Shown here: in pieces, positions 35,414 through 44,701 of the stretch
How positions within the stretch are numbered: position 1 is the first letter of the stretch
How the letters are laid out: every line of letters starts with the position of its first letter
NCBI GenBank assembly: GCA_049598575.1
Contig: JBMYNT010000001.1
Span: 8,758-72,757 of the forward strand
Source of the DNA: Candidatus Poseidoniaceae archaeon
GTDB taxonomy: Archaea > Thermoplasmatota > Poseidoniia > Poseidoniales > Poseidoniaceae
Length of the DNA stretch: 64,000 nucleotides
Reading direction: 5' to 3'
Translations under genes and position numbers: made by a program
Notes under the pieces: model-generated
Told to the model about the DNA's origin: nothing
Database searches by the model: none
Seen by the model: only the letters and a program-made list of their open reading frames with translations

Positions 35414-36064
35414 CCGTTGCCAAACTGCCCTGTAGCGTAGATGTTCTTCATCCTCGTACTGGATGGAATAGAAGTCAATCGGATTGAGTTCACTTCCAAT
35501 GGATTCGATAAACGAACGGTCCAGTGGCCAAGGAGGGCCATCGACTTCCAATGGCGTTGCAGGATTCATCCGCCCAATGCATATCAGGACTCCTTTTTGA
35601 CGGACGAGCGGGGCTAAGTTCACCGAGGCAGGAATACGGAATGATTCAGGAATTGCCTGCAGAATATGTACTTCCAAAACTAGGTCAAATGCTCCAATCC
35701 AAGCAGGATGGGGATCGAGTAAGTCACCTACTTCCCAAGATATAGATGGATGAGGATGGATTTCTTTGACCCAATCGATGGCAGATGCTGACAAATCGAA
35801 TGCAGTTACGGTCCAACCTCGTTCTGCTAGGTACACTGCGTCCTCACCTAGGCCACAGCCGACAACCAAAGCCGAGCCAACCTTCTGTTCTGAATGGTTG
35901 TCCAACCAATTGACGAGGAATGGATGAGGTTCACCTTTTGACCATGGGATGAAATTGCGATCTTTTTCTGCGACTTCGTACAAATCTTCGAACCAGTCCA
36001 ATGGAGCGCCGCGTTCCTTAGCTGCATCCGAAAGATTCCGTAGCATCTTCCGAACGTCGTCCAT
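35408..36064 (-). CDS. SAM-dependent methyltransferase (TPMT/TehB-like)
   Basis: ALVVGCGLGEDAVYLAERGWTVTAFDLS motif. Start trimmed to MDDVRKM to avoid overlapping icd. Confidence 0.6.
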   Translation of the reverse strand: MDDVRKMLRNLSDAAKERGAPLDWFEDLYEVAEKDRNFIPWSKGEPHPFLVNWLDNHSEQKVGSALVVGCGLGEDAVYLAERGWTVTAFDLSASAIDWVKEIHPHPSISWEVGDLLDPHPAWIGAFDLVLEVHILQAIPESFRIPASVNLAPLVRQKGVLICIGRMNPATPLEVDGPPWPLDRSFIESIGSELNPIDFYSIQYEDEEHLRYRAVWQRS

Positions 36065-36074
36065 GTCAACCCCT

Positions 36075-37310
36075 TCACATGTGTGCGATGAGTGCTTCAC
36101 CAAAGGCAGAACATGAGAGCAAGGTAGCATCACCCATCAGACGTTCAAAGTCGTATGTGACCGTCTTTGCACTGATTGCACCTTCCATTCCCTTGACAAT
36201 CAAATCTGCAGCTTCGATCCAACCCATGTGACGTAGCATCATTTCTGCAGAGAGAATAAGCGATCCTGGATTGACCTTGTCTTTTCCTGCATATTTTGGT
36301 GCAGTTCCGTGGGTTGCTTCGAAAATTGAAATTCCCGTATCGTAGTTGATGTTCGCACCAGGGGCAATACCAATGCCACCAACTTGAGCAGCGAGTGCAT
36401 CTGAGATGTAGTCGCCGTTCAAATTCATGGTTGCAAGAACACTGTATTCTGCAGGACGTGTGATAATTTGTTGAAGCATGGCATCCGCGATAACGTCCTT
36501 GATGACGATCTCGTTTCCAGTGATTGGGTTTTTCATGGTACACCAAGGTCCACCATCAAGTTCAACTGCACCAAATTCTTCCTTAGCAAGCTGATAGCCC
36601 CAGTCACGGAATCCACCCTCTGTGAACTTCATGATGTTCCCTTTGTGAACAAGCGTGACACTATCCTTGTCGTTGTCGATGGCGTATTGAAGTGCTGCTC
36701 GAACAATTCGGTTCGTTCCTTCTTGACTGATTGGTTTGATGCCAATACCTGATGTATCTGGGAATCGAATTTTATCAACACCCATTTCATTGGTTAAGAA
36801 ATCAATCAATTTCTTGACGCCTTCGGAACCAGCTTCCCATTCAATTCCAGCGTAAACGTCCTCACTGTTTTCACGGAAGATGATCATGTCAACATCACCT
36901 GGTGTTTTGACTGGAGATGGCGTACCATCGTACCAACGAACTGGACGAACACAAGCGAAGAGGTCCAGCTTTTGTCGAAGAGCCACGTTGAGTGAACGGA
37001 TTCCACCACCAACTGGGGTGGTGAGTGGACCCTTGATAGAAACAAGACCAGATCGCATTGCATCGAGTGTTGCTTCAGGAAGCCACTCTCCAGTTGCATT
37101 GAATGCTTTCTCGCCAGCGAGAACTTCGTTCCAAGCGATTTGCTTTTCACCGTTGTAGGCTTTTGAGACAGCTGCATCGACAACGGAAATCATGACTGGG
37201 CTGATATCAACACCAATTCCATCCCCTTCGATGTAGTGGATAATTGGATTGTTTGGGATGTGAAGTTTTCCATTTTGCATAACAACAGGTTCGCCGCTCA
37301 TAGTTCTCAT
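36075..37310 (-). CDS. icd: Isocitrate dehydrogenase (NADP)
   Basis: [10 protein letters not shown]..., [21 protein letters not shown] motifs. Confidence 0.9.
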   Translation of the reverse strand: MRTMSGEPVVMQNGKLHIPNNPIIHYIEGDGIGVDISPVMISVVDAAVSKAYNGEKQIAWNEVLAGEKAFNATGEWLPEATLDAMRSGLVSIKGPLTTPVGGGIRSLNVALRQKLDLFACVRPVRWYDGTPSPVKTPGDVDMIIFRENSEDVYAGIEWEAGSEGVKKLIDFLTNEMGVDKIRFPDTSGIGIKPISQEGTNRIVRAALQYAIDNDKDSVTLVHKGNIMKFTEGGFRDWGYQLAKEEFGAVELDGGPWCTMKNPITGNEIVIKDVIADAMLQQIITRPAEYSVLATMNLNGDYISDALAAQVGGIGIAPGANINYDTGISIFEATHGTAPKYAGKDKVNPGSLILSAEMMLRHMGWIEAADLIVKGMEGAISAKTVTYDFERLMGDATLLSCSAFGEALIAHM

Positions 37311-37359
37311 ACCGTCCCACCAATAACCACTTCAAGAACCAACCGATGCGATTGTTTCT

Positions 37360-37746
37360 ATGAGAGCAAAGGTAACATGGACTGGCGGGACACAACTCGA
37401 CTGCGAAAACGAGCAAGGTCAATCCATCGATGTTGATTGGGAGGACGGCCCATCGCCCATGCAAATCTTCTTGCAGATGATAGGAGCATGTTCCATCGTC
37501 GACGTCGTTGTAGGGTTGAAAAACCGTGAATTTGGACAAGTCTGGGTCGATTTGGATGCCGATCGTAGGGAGGAGTATCCTCGTTCCTTCACGAAGGTCA
37601 ACATGACCTATCATGTCGAGGGCGATGTTCCAGAGAAACTCGTTCGAAGAACGATCGAAAAGTCCCATGAAAAGTACTGTTCCGTTTCAAACTCACTTGA
37701 CAGGAACATCGAGATTGTGTGGGATCTTGTACTTCATCAGAAGTAA
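37360..37746 (+). CDS. OsmC/Ohr family protein
   Basis: 128 aa; GACS active-site-like Cys and a second Cys (YCSVSNS) with OsmC-like spacing. Confidence 0.55.
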   Translation: MRAKVTWTGGTQLDCENEQGQSIDVDWEDGPSPMQIFLQMIGACSIVDVVVGLKNREFGQVWVDLDADRREEYPRSFTKVNMTYHVEGDVPEKLVRRTIEKSHEKYCSVSNSLDRNIEIVWDLVLHQK

Positions 37747-38282
37747 GTGCTGGATTTCAAGGATTGAATCGCCTGTTTGAAGGCGTTTTCCAACAAATCA
37801 TACAATGGTTTCCAAACGGAGGGGATGTTGTTCTCTTCAACGAAATCAAAATCTCCAGCACTGTGTTGAACACGGACACATGGTCGAATCTGCTGATTAC
37901 CTTGAAGTTCGACGAGCAGAGAAAGACGGTACTCATCGTCTGAGAGCGTGACTCTGGCTGAGTTCAAATCAATGTTTTGTGCACTCTCAGGAAGCGCATC
38001 AAATCCATCTTCGGATTGTTGACGAATGTTGTGTTGGGCGAGAACTTGGAGCAATTCTGCGACGAGAACAGGATCAACTTCCGGTGTTTCATGTTCTTCC
38101 TCCTCAAGCAAAATGTTGTGAAGTGGGTTCGAAGAAGTGGGCTGTACCGATGAAGGGGCTCCCAGTTCTGCAAAAATATCGACATCATCAGCGTTGAAAT
38201 CCGGCGTCATTGGTTGTTCAAAATCCATGCTATCAACGTAAAATCCCAGTGGTTCACTTTTGAAGTATTGTTCCTTCTGCAT
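37737..38282 (-). CDS. Hypothetical acidic protein
   Basis: 181 aa; no motif recognised. Confidence 0.4.
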   Translation of the reverse strand: MQKEQYFKSEPLGFYVDSMDFEQPMTPDFNADDVDIFAELGAPSSVQPTSSNPLHNILLEEEEHETPEVDPVLVAELLQVLAQHNIRQQSEDGFDALPESAQNIDLNSARVTLSDDEYRLSLLVELQGNQQIRPCVRVQHSAGDFDFVEENNIPSVWKPLYDLLENAFKQAIQSLKSSTYF

Positions 38283-38312
38283 CGAACATGAAGATTCAAA
38301 TGGAGGATATTT

Positions 38313-38939
38313 TTGGTTGAATTGAGGATTGGGATGCGAGCGGTTGTTGTTGTGCTTGTTCTTGCACTCCTTTCGCAGGTCGCTGTTTCTGCACCATCTG
38401 GTATTGGTAAATCTGCGAATGAGGGATGCCTATGTCACGGAGATAGGGATCAATCTACGACTGTGTGGGTTGAAGGATTGCCTGAATCCTATGAATCGAA
38501 TACAATGTACAACTTTTCCATAACCGTCGAGTCTGAAACAGTTGCAGTGAATCCCAATGGTTCTATCGGAGGGTTCAGAATCTTGGTCGTTGGGGGGTCA
38601 ATCATCTTTGATGAATCAGCAGGTTTGATTCAAGAATTGGACGGCGGATGGACACACACTGAATCAGGCAACAAGCTTCGCAGTTGGAACTTCTCACTCC
38701 TAAGTCCTGAAGACAATGCATCGTATGTTGATTTCACGGTATACGGTAACGCAGTGAATGGCAATCAAGCAAGTTCTGAAGATGCGTGGAACAGCCTCAG
38801 TCTCCGATTGCCTGGTGTAGAGTACGATGGTGAAATTTTTTCGGACCGAGCAGATGGGTTCAGCCCGATGGACTACACCGTTGGTCTGGTTTCGATGATT
38901 GCACTTGTAGGGTTGCTCATCATCACATTGCGTGACTAA
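38313..38939 (+). CDS. Secreted protein with C-terminal TM anchor
   Basis: Signal peptide, a GCLCHGD cysteine motif, and a C-terminal hydrophobic segment followed by LRD. Confidence 0.5.
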   Translation: MVELRIGMRAVVVVLVLALLSQVAVSAPSGIGKSANEGCLCHGDRDQSTTVWVEGLPESYESNTMYNFSITVESETVAVNPNGSIGGFRILVVGGSIIFDESAGLIQELDGGWTHTESGNKLRSWNFSLLSPEDNASYVDFTVYGNAVNGNQASSEDAWNSLSLRLPGVEYDGEIFSDRADGFSPMDYTVGLVSMIALVGLLIITLRD

Positions 38940-40073
38940 TCAATTGACAAATTCAATTGTACTGCTGCGCAAAGCCTTGAGCTGACGACGCTCAGAAGAT
39001 CCGTGAATTTGTTCGCTCTTGACTCCTGTAAGCACGAGCATGACGCGAATCTCATCATCCAGTGTTTCATCAACAGCAGTTCCCCAGATGATTTTTGCAT
39101 GAGGCGAGATACGCTCTGTGATGATCTGTGCACAACGTTCCGCTTCTCCTAAGGTGAGGTTGTTGCCTCCGACGACATTGATGAGCGCACCGCGAGCATC
39201 GCTGAAATCAAGGTCGAGTAGAGGTGAATGCAGGGCTTCCAATGTGGCTTCCTCAGCTCGTCCGGGTCCAGAACCTGCACCAAGACCAATCATCGCGACC
39301 CCTGCTCCGGAATGAATGACGGCTTTGAGATCTTCAAAGTCAAGGTTCACCATTCCATCACGCGTGAGCAATTCAGTAACACCGATAATGGAACGAACGA
39401 GAAGTTCATCGCCAACCCGGAATGCACTTGCGAGTGGAAGATCCTTCACGCCTTCGATTTCGAGGAGGCGCTCGTTCGGAATCACGAGAATCGTATCGCA
39501 GTGTTCGCGAAGTCGCTCAAGACCCCACTCTGCGTTTTCTTTACGCGTCGCTCCTTCGGATTTGAATGGATAAGTGACGACGGCGATGGTCATAGCACCC
39601 TGTTCTTTTGCCAATCGTGCGATATGGCCTGCTGCTCCAGTACCGGAACCACCTCCCATACCTGCGGCAATAATTGCAAGTTGTGTATCGGTGGTGATGC
39701 CTCGAAGCGCCATTTCGGATTCAAGAGCTGCAGCCTCACCTTTTGTTGGATCGCCTCCTGCCCCTCTTCCTCGTGCAGTTCGTCCAATCAACACTTTGTG
39801 TTCCAGAGGAGACATAAGGAGCGCTTGGGCATCTGTATTGATGGCGTAGCCCGTAACGAATGAGTTCTCAAACAGACCTTCAGCATCAAGCCGACCGACT
39901 GCGTTGCAACCGGCACCGCCGACTCCGTACACACGGATTCGAGGCTGAAGCGATTCAAGCAATGCTCGAAGTTCCTCGTCAGTCCCTTGGCCGTTGGGCT
40001 GGGGATCGAGTTGAGGTACAATTTCCTCATCAGATAGTTCCAAAACTCGCTCAATCAAATGGCGCATGGCCAT
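38940..40073 (-). CDS. ftsZ: Cell division GTPase FtsZ
   Basis: GVGGAGCNAV, NTDAQAL, GMGGGSGTGAAG tubulin/FtsZ signature motifs. Confidence 0.85.
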   Translation of the reverse strand: MAMRHLIERVLELSDEEIVPQLDPQPNGQGTDEELRALLESLQPRIRVYGVGGAGCNAVGRLDAEGLFENSFVTGYAINTDAQALLMSPLEHKVLIGRTARGRGAGGDPTKGEAAALESEMALRGITTDTQLAIIAAGMGGGSGTGAAGHIARLAKEQGAMTIAVVTYPFKSEGATRKENAEWGLERLREHCDTILVIPNERLLEIEGVKDLPLASAFRVGDELLVRSIIGVTELLTRDGMVNLDFEDLKAVIHSGAGVAMIGLGAGSGPGRAEEATLEALHSPLLDLDFSDARGALINVVGGNNLTLGEAERCAQIITERISPHAKIIWGTAVDETLDDEIRVMLVLTGVKSEQIHGSSERRQLKALRSSTIEFVN

Positions 40074-40144
40074 TATCTTGATTCATCCTAACTTGAATGT
40101 ATTGCACCAAACTTCCATCATGGAAGCGATTTCAGCACACCGAA

Positions 40145-41191
40145 TCAGTCACGGAGACCTTCTTGTGTCACCTGGTAGACGCACTCGCCGTCCGGTAGGT
40201 TTGGAGAGTCAACGAGTCGTGCAATTCGTCGGCCACCCTTGGCCTTTCGAAGATAAAGTCGGAAGGTAGAGGCGTGAGCGAGAACGTGGCCACCGATTGG
40301 CTTAGTTGGGTCTCCCCACATAGCATCAGGCTTGGAGTGGACTTGATTTGTTACTAGAACAAGTGCATTGTTGACGTCAGCGAGTTGCTTGAGATCTTTG
40401 AGGTGACGGTTCAGTTTTTGTTGTCGGTTTGCAAGCATGCCGCGACCGATAAATTCTGCACGGAAGTGGCTTGTGAGCGAATCGACGATGATCATCTTGA
40501 CATTGAGTCCCTTGCTCATTCGCTTGATTTCTTCAGCAAGGAGCATTTGATGCGCGGAGTTGTATGCACGGGCGACGTGGATTCGACTTAAGACCATGTC
40601 CGGATCAAGCCCATGTCCACGGGCCATCTGTGTAATTCGTTCTGGACGGAATGTGTCCTCAGTATCGATGTAGAAGACATCGCCATCAAAGCCACCTTCT
40701 TCGATTGGCATGGTGCAGTTGACAGCGAGTTGGTGCCCAATTTGGGTCTTCCCGGAACCGAATGCACCGTACACTTCGACGAGTGCTTGTGTTTCGAATC
40801 CTCCTCCAAGGAGGTCGTCAATCGACTGAACTTTGGACGAAAGCTTCTGAACTTCTCGACGACGATCGAGGAGAGCTACACCGGAAACGAAACCACCGAT
40901 GTTCGCCATTTTCTTGGCTGCGTTGATGATTTTGCCAGCCACTGCTTCACCAAGTTCGGCTTGTTCTGCAAGGTCTGCTGGCGACATGACAGCAAGGGAG
41001 AGGAGTTCGTCAAATCCAGCTTCTCGGAGTTTTTCAGCTGTTGCTGGTCCAACTCCGGGTAGGTCCTCGATTTTGACTTCAGGAATCTCTTCATCCACGA
41101 CTTCCATTGGTATCACTTCGTCTTCAGTAGGGACTTCATTCTTCTTACTTGTTGTTTTCTTCTTTGTTTTTGTGCTCATTGTATCACTCAT
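40145..41191 (-). CDS. radA: DNA repair and recombination protein RadA
   Basis: HhH N-domain ([12 protein letters not shown]) and Walker [10 protein letters not shown]. Has a Lys-rich extension of about 40 aa at the N-terminus. Confidence 0.9.
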   Translation of the reverse strand: MSDTMSTKTKKKTTSKKNEVPTEDEVIPMEVVDEEIPEVKIEDLPGVGPATAEKLREAGFDELLSLAVMSPADLAEQAELGEAVAGKIINAAKKMANIGGFVSGVALLDRRREVQKLSSKVQSIDDLLGGGFETQALVEVYGAFGSGKTQIGHQLAVNCTMPIEEGGFDGDVFYIDTEDTFRPERITQMARGHGLDPDMVLSRIHVARAYNSAHQMLLAEEIKRMSKGLNVKMIIVDSLTSHFRAEFIGRGMLANRQQKLNRHLKDLKQLADVNNALVLVTNQVHSKPDAMWGDPTKPIGGHVLAHASTFRLYLRKAKGGRRIARLVDSPNLPDGECVYQVTQEGLRD

Positions 41192-41211
41192 GCCAAACCA
41201 ACGGCTGAGGG

Positions 41212-41219
41212 TATATCAA
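41212..41219 (-). promoter_or_regulatory. TATA-like box (TTGATATA) at -21..-28 of the radA ATG
   Basis: The spacing supports a leaderless transcript starting at the long-form radA start. Confidence 0.35.
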
Positions 41220-41295
41220 GCGAAGAATGGGACAAATGCTCAACGAAATCTGAACGATGGCCGGTTCATCGCCGCCCGATACTGATTTTCACTTT

Positions 41296-42111
41296 TCATT
41301 CACTTTCAGAATTCTCTTCTTCAGATTCATTCCCTTGTTGGAATGGATTTGGAACAGTTTCTTGTTGTTCATACACAATGTCAACGACATGATTGATGTT
41401 GATTCGATCTTGTCCCTGATCGATGGATAAGGTGAGATCGTGCATGCCACTGATTGGGAAATTGAGATCGATGGACCATAGTGCATTTTCACCGTCCTGA
41501 ATCTGAGCTGTTTTGGTACCCTTGCTGGCCGAGTTTGGATCAGTCAATTCCCATGTCACGCTTACGGGACTCCCTAGAGGAGTCTCTGGATTCTCAACAA
41601 CAGATTCAACGATAACTTGCTTTGGATTGGAATCCTCGTTCCCTGGAGTTGTGTTGATTTCCATCGTGTCTGGATCTGCTGAATTTGCTTCGCTCCATTC
41701 AATCGAATGTTCGACTCGGAGTACAACGGTCATGTTCACAGTATTGTCGTTGATGTCCGTTGCTGCTAGGATGACAGTATACATCCCGTGAATTTGGTAT
41801 TCGACGTCGATGCTTGCTGACTCAGATGCATCGATACTGATGATTGATCGACCATCGCCTGGATCGAGCGTGAAGGTCTTCAGGCCATAGTCGGATGTTG
41901 TTCGAGCAAAATCAAAACTGAAGGTAACACCAGTAAACGAGATTTGGGACCCGCCGATGAACGATTGTTGGATTGTTCCATTGGTTTCATCGTAATGCAC
42001 AACCAAGTCAATGAGTTCTTTCTGGTCTGAATCGTTGTCTCCAAAACAGCCAGCGAGCATCGAGAACATCAAGAGCGTCGATAACAAGACAACCCCTGCT
42101 TGCCCGCCCAT
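41296..42111 (-). CDS. Secreted lipoprotein with Ig/PKD-like beta domain and acidic C-terminal tail
   Basis: Signal peptide ending in a LAGC lipobox, beta-rich body, C-terminal ESEEENSESE. Confidence 0.5.
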   Translation of the reverse strand: MGGQAGVVLLSTLLMFSMLAGCFGDNDSDQKELIDLVVHYDETNGTIQQSFIGGSQISFTGVTFSFDFARTTSDYGLKTFTLDPGDGRSIISIDASESASIDVEYQIHGMYTVILAATDINDNTVNMTVVLRVEHSIEWSEANSADPDTMEINTTPGNEDSNPKQVIVESVVENPETPLGSPVSVTWELTDPNSASKGTKTAQIQDGENALWSIDLNFPISGMHDLTLSIDQGQDRININHVVDIVYEQQETVPNPFQQGNESEEENSESE

Positions 42112-42211
42112 GGCACGACTTGTAGGTCATCCTTGAAGAAGACAGTGCCGAAAGGAGATGAAAAAATACCACATCGGTGGTTTCAAAGGGAAGGACTGTG
42201 GCGTTTGAATC

Positions 42212-42289
42212 AGCGAGGTGGGGTAGTCTGGATATCCCGTCGGGCTCATAACCCGGAGATCGATGGTTCAAATCCATCCCTCGCTACCA
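42212..42289 (+). tRNA. Initiator tRNA-Met (anticodon CAT), CCA encoded
   Basis: A1:U72 pair, acceptor AGCGAGG/CCTCGCT, anticodon arm UCGGG-CUCAUAA-CCCGG with three G-C pairs typical of initiators, T-arm GAUGG-UUCAAAU-CCAUC, genomic ACCA 3' end. Confidence 0.8.
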
Positions 42290-42290
42290 C

Positions 42291-43031
42291 TCAAGAATAC
42301 TGATAGTAGTCGTGTTTTGGTTGCAAGGAATCCATGGCAGATTGCAGCCGTTCATTTGCAGCCTGGATCCCATTGGCAATCTCATCGCATTCTTTGCGGA
42401 TTCGTCGGGCTTGTTCTCCACACTCTGTATGTCCATGTGAACATGTTTCGAGAGTGGCCAACACTGGGTCAATTTGACTTCCCGGTGCATGTTCTGGTTT
42501 CAGATGGTACGCTCCATTGTCCAAGATAACAGGGCCTGCGGCTTGAACTGCGTTTGCGAGTGTCTTGCAGAGTTTGGTCTTCCCTCCATCGACTTGACAG
42601 GCTGCAACGAGGGCAGCGATGTTCCCTTGCGTCTCCTTATGTGCTCTCAAATAGAATTTCTTCGCCTTGGACGCTTTTCCGGCTTTCGCAAACACGCTTC
42701 CAATGGTACGATAGTCCTGCTCAATTGGCGTCAGCTTGGAAAGGAGTGTTGGTGCCGTTTGCGTGAGGATTTTTTCCAATTTCTTTCGTTCGCGAAGGAG
42801 AACAGACGTTGCTTGAATGGCCAGTTTGCTCTTGCTGCGTATCGATAGGACTTCTGCCAAGATTCGAACGCCTTTAACGAGCAAGGTTTGTGTTGCTCCA
42901 TCTCGCTGTTTGTTGGCGAGCAACATGGACGTGAATTCACTCGCCATGACCTCGACCATTTCATATCGCTCTTCTTCGAAGTATCGAATCATCTGAGCGA
43001 GCGTCTGATTCGGATCGGACATACCAAACAT
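42291..43031 (-). CDS. Hypothetical protein
   Basis: 246 aa, helical; a C-terminal CSHGHTECGE patch suggests a metal site. Confidence 0.4.
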   Translation of the reverse strand: MFGMSDPNQTLAQMIRYFEEERYEMVEVMASEFTSMLLANKQRDGATQTLLVKGVRILAEVLSIRSKSKLAIQATSVLLRERKKLEKILTQTAPTLLSKLTPIEQDYRTIGSVFAKAGKASKAKKFYLRAHKETQGNIAALVAACQVDGGKTKLCKTLANAVQAAGPVILDNGAYHLKPEHAPGSQIDPVLATLETCSHGHTECGEQARRIRKECDEIANGIQAANERLQSAMDSLQPKHDYYQYS

Positions 43032-43040
43032 GAAAAAACC

Positions 43041-43283
43041 TCATTGTCCATGGTTTGCTGCCGTCAAAGTCGTTGTTTCAACAACACCAGATAGGGTCCG
43101 AACGTTTCGCAAGACCAGATCCGACAATTGTGAAAAATCTCCGACGACCACCTTGCAATACACGTCGTATTCGCCGAACAGCACCATGGCTTCCTCGATT
43201 TCAGACATCTCGCTGAGTTCGTTGACAACGTCTTGCTCTCGGCCGGGCTCCGTCGTGAGTAGGACAAGAGCGATTGCGGCCAT
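43041..43283 (-). CDS. Stand-alone Lrp/AsnC C-terminal (RAM) ligand-binding domain protein
   Basis: 80 aa, beta-alpha-beta-beta-alpha-beta pattern (VLLTTEPG...VVGDFSQLSDLV...). Confidence 0.5.
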   Translation of the reverse strand: MAAIALVLLTTEPGREQDVVNELSEMSEIEEAMVLFGEYDVYCKVVVGDFSQLSDLVLRNVRTLSGVVETTTLTAANHGQ

Positions 43284-43342
43284 AGCGTACCATTCGTAAC
43301 CTCATGTTTAATTCTTCACGTCGTTTGGTTGTACCGATGAGC

Positions 43343-43888
43343 ATGCAGTCTCGCGTCATTGCCCTTACCGGCTCGCCAGGAACCGGTAAATCGACGCTTG
43401 CATCACGCTTACGAAAGGAAGGTTTGACAATCATCACACTCGAAGAAGCAGCGGAAAGTGTTGATGCCCTTTCGGAATTTGAGGCGTTACGCGAGGTCGA
43501 GATATCGAAACTTGCCGAGTGGAAATGGGAAGGAGACACTCACTGCGTAATTGATGGTCATCTTTCCCATCACTGCCCGATCGATGCCGTAATTGTACTT
43601 CGGTGCAACCCAATTGAATTACGGCATCGGCTTGAGCAACGAACGGGTTACGGGCCAGATAAAATTGAATCGAACGTAGAATGGGAACTCATTTCCGGCG
43701 TATGGGCCGATCTCATAGCAGAGCATCCACATGCAAACGTGTTAGAAATTGATACAACAGAAGAAGAGGTTTCAATCGACCGTGTCCTTGATTTTATTTT
43801 GAACGACACACCTTCGAGTTCCGTCGAAGAATTCATCTCGGATTCAATTGACTGGATTGCAACTGGAATTGATGCCGAAAGCATATGA
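43343..43888 (+). CDS. Fap7/adenylate-kinase-isoenzyme-6-like nucleotide kinase
   Basis: P-loop ALTGSPGTGKST at the N-terminus and kinase-typical length. Start set at MQSRVIAL. Confidence 0.55.
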   Translation: MQSRVIALTGSPGTGKSTLASRLRKEGLTIITLEEAAESVDALSEFEALREVEISKLAEWKWEGDTHCVIDGHLSHHCPIDAVIVLRCNPIELRHRLEQRTGYGPDKIESNVEWELISGVWADLIAEHPHANVLEIDTTEEEVSIDRVLDFILNDTPSSSVEEFISDSIDWIATGIDAESI

Positions 43889-43917
43889 CCTTTCTTCGCT
43901 AGGTTACAACGATTGAG

Positions 43918-44625
43918 ATGGCACTTGAACAACTCAGAAAACGGTGGGAAGCCGTTGCCTCACCTCTTGTTTCCGGATTAGGCAAGACCAATCCTGCCGT
44001 ATTGACGTGGCTCGCGCTTCCCGTTGGAATTGCTGCGAGTGCGCTTGTTTTCCTTGCTCCAAAAAGCGATACAGGAGCATTCATGCTCATCGGCTCGGCC
44101 TCGCTGATTGCGTTTTCGATGATTCTCGATGGCCTTGATGGGCAACTCGCTCGGCAAACAGGTCAAGTGTCTCGATGGGGCGATTATCTCGATCACACGC
44201 TCGATCGTCTCCTTGATGCGATGTGGGTTATCGCCATCGCCTCAAGTCCAGCTTGGGTCGATGATCCTGCGATGGGCTGGGCAGCAGCATGGTTCACCAT
44301 CCTAGGCTCCTACATGGGGACGCAAGCCCAAGCCGTCAGTGGTGGTCGAAATTATCGAGGATTCTCACGAGCAGATCGAACGATCTTGACAATTGCTGCG
44401 CTTGCATTGACAGGCATCTTTTGGCTTGTTGGAGTTCAAGATTATTCAGCAGCTTTCGCCCCATTTGAGCATCTTGAACTGAATCCGCTTACCGCCGTTG
44501 TGATTCTTTCCGGTCTCGGTGGAATCTACACGTTTTGTGTTCGATTTTCGCAAGCGAGAAAAGAAATCATTGCGCTCGACAAGGAGCAACCTCTACCTCA
44601 ACCAAATCACGATGAATCGGAGTAA
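43918..44625 (+). CDS. CDP-alcohol phosphatidyltransferase family protein
   Basis: DGxDGQLARxTGQVSRWGDYLDHTLDRLLD signature in a membrane context. Confidence 0.75.
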   Translation: MALEQLRKRWEAVASPLVSGLGKTNPAVLTWLALPVGIAASALVFLAPKSDTGAFMLIGSASLIAFSMILDGLDGQLARQTGQVSRWGDYLDHTLDRLLDAMWVIAIASSPAWVDDPAMGWAAAWFTILGSYMGTQAQAVSGGRNYRGFSRADRTILTIAALALTGIFWLVGVQDYSAAFAPFEHLELNPLTAVVILSGLGGIYTFCVRFSQARKEIIALDKEQPLPQPNHDESE

Positions 44626-44701
44626 ATCTCTGACAAACAAATACGTCGGTTGTTCACGTTATTTATCGGCATACTCTTAACGGGCGGCGGCGACGTATTG
44701 T

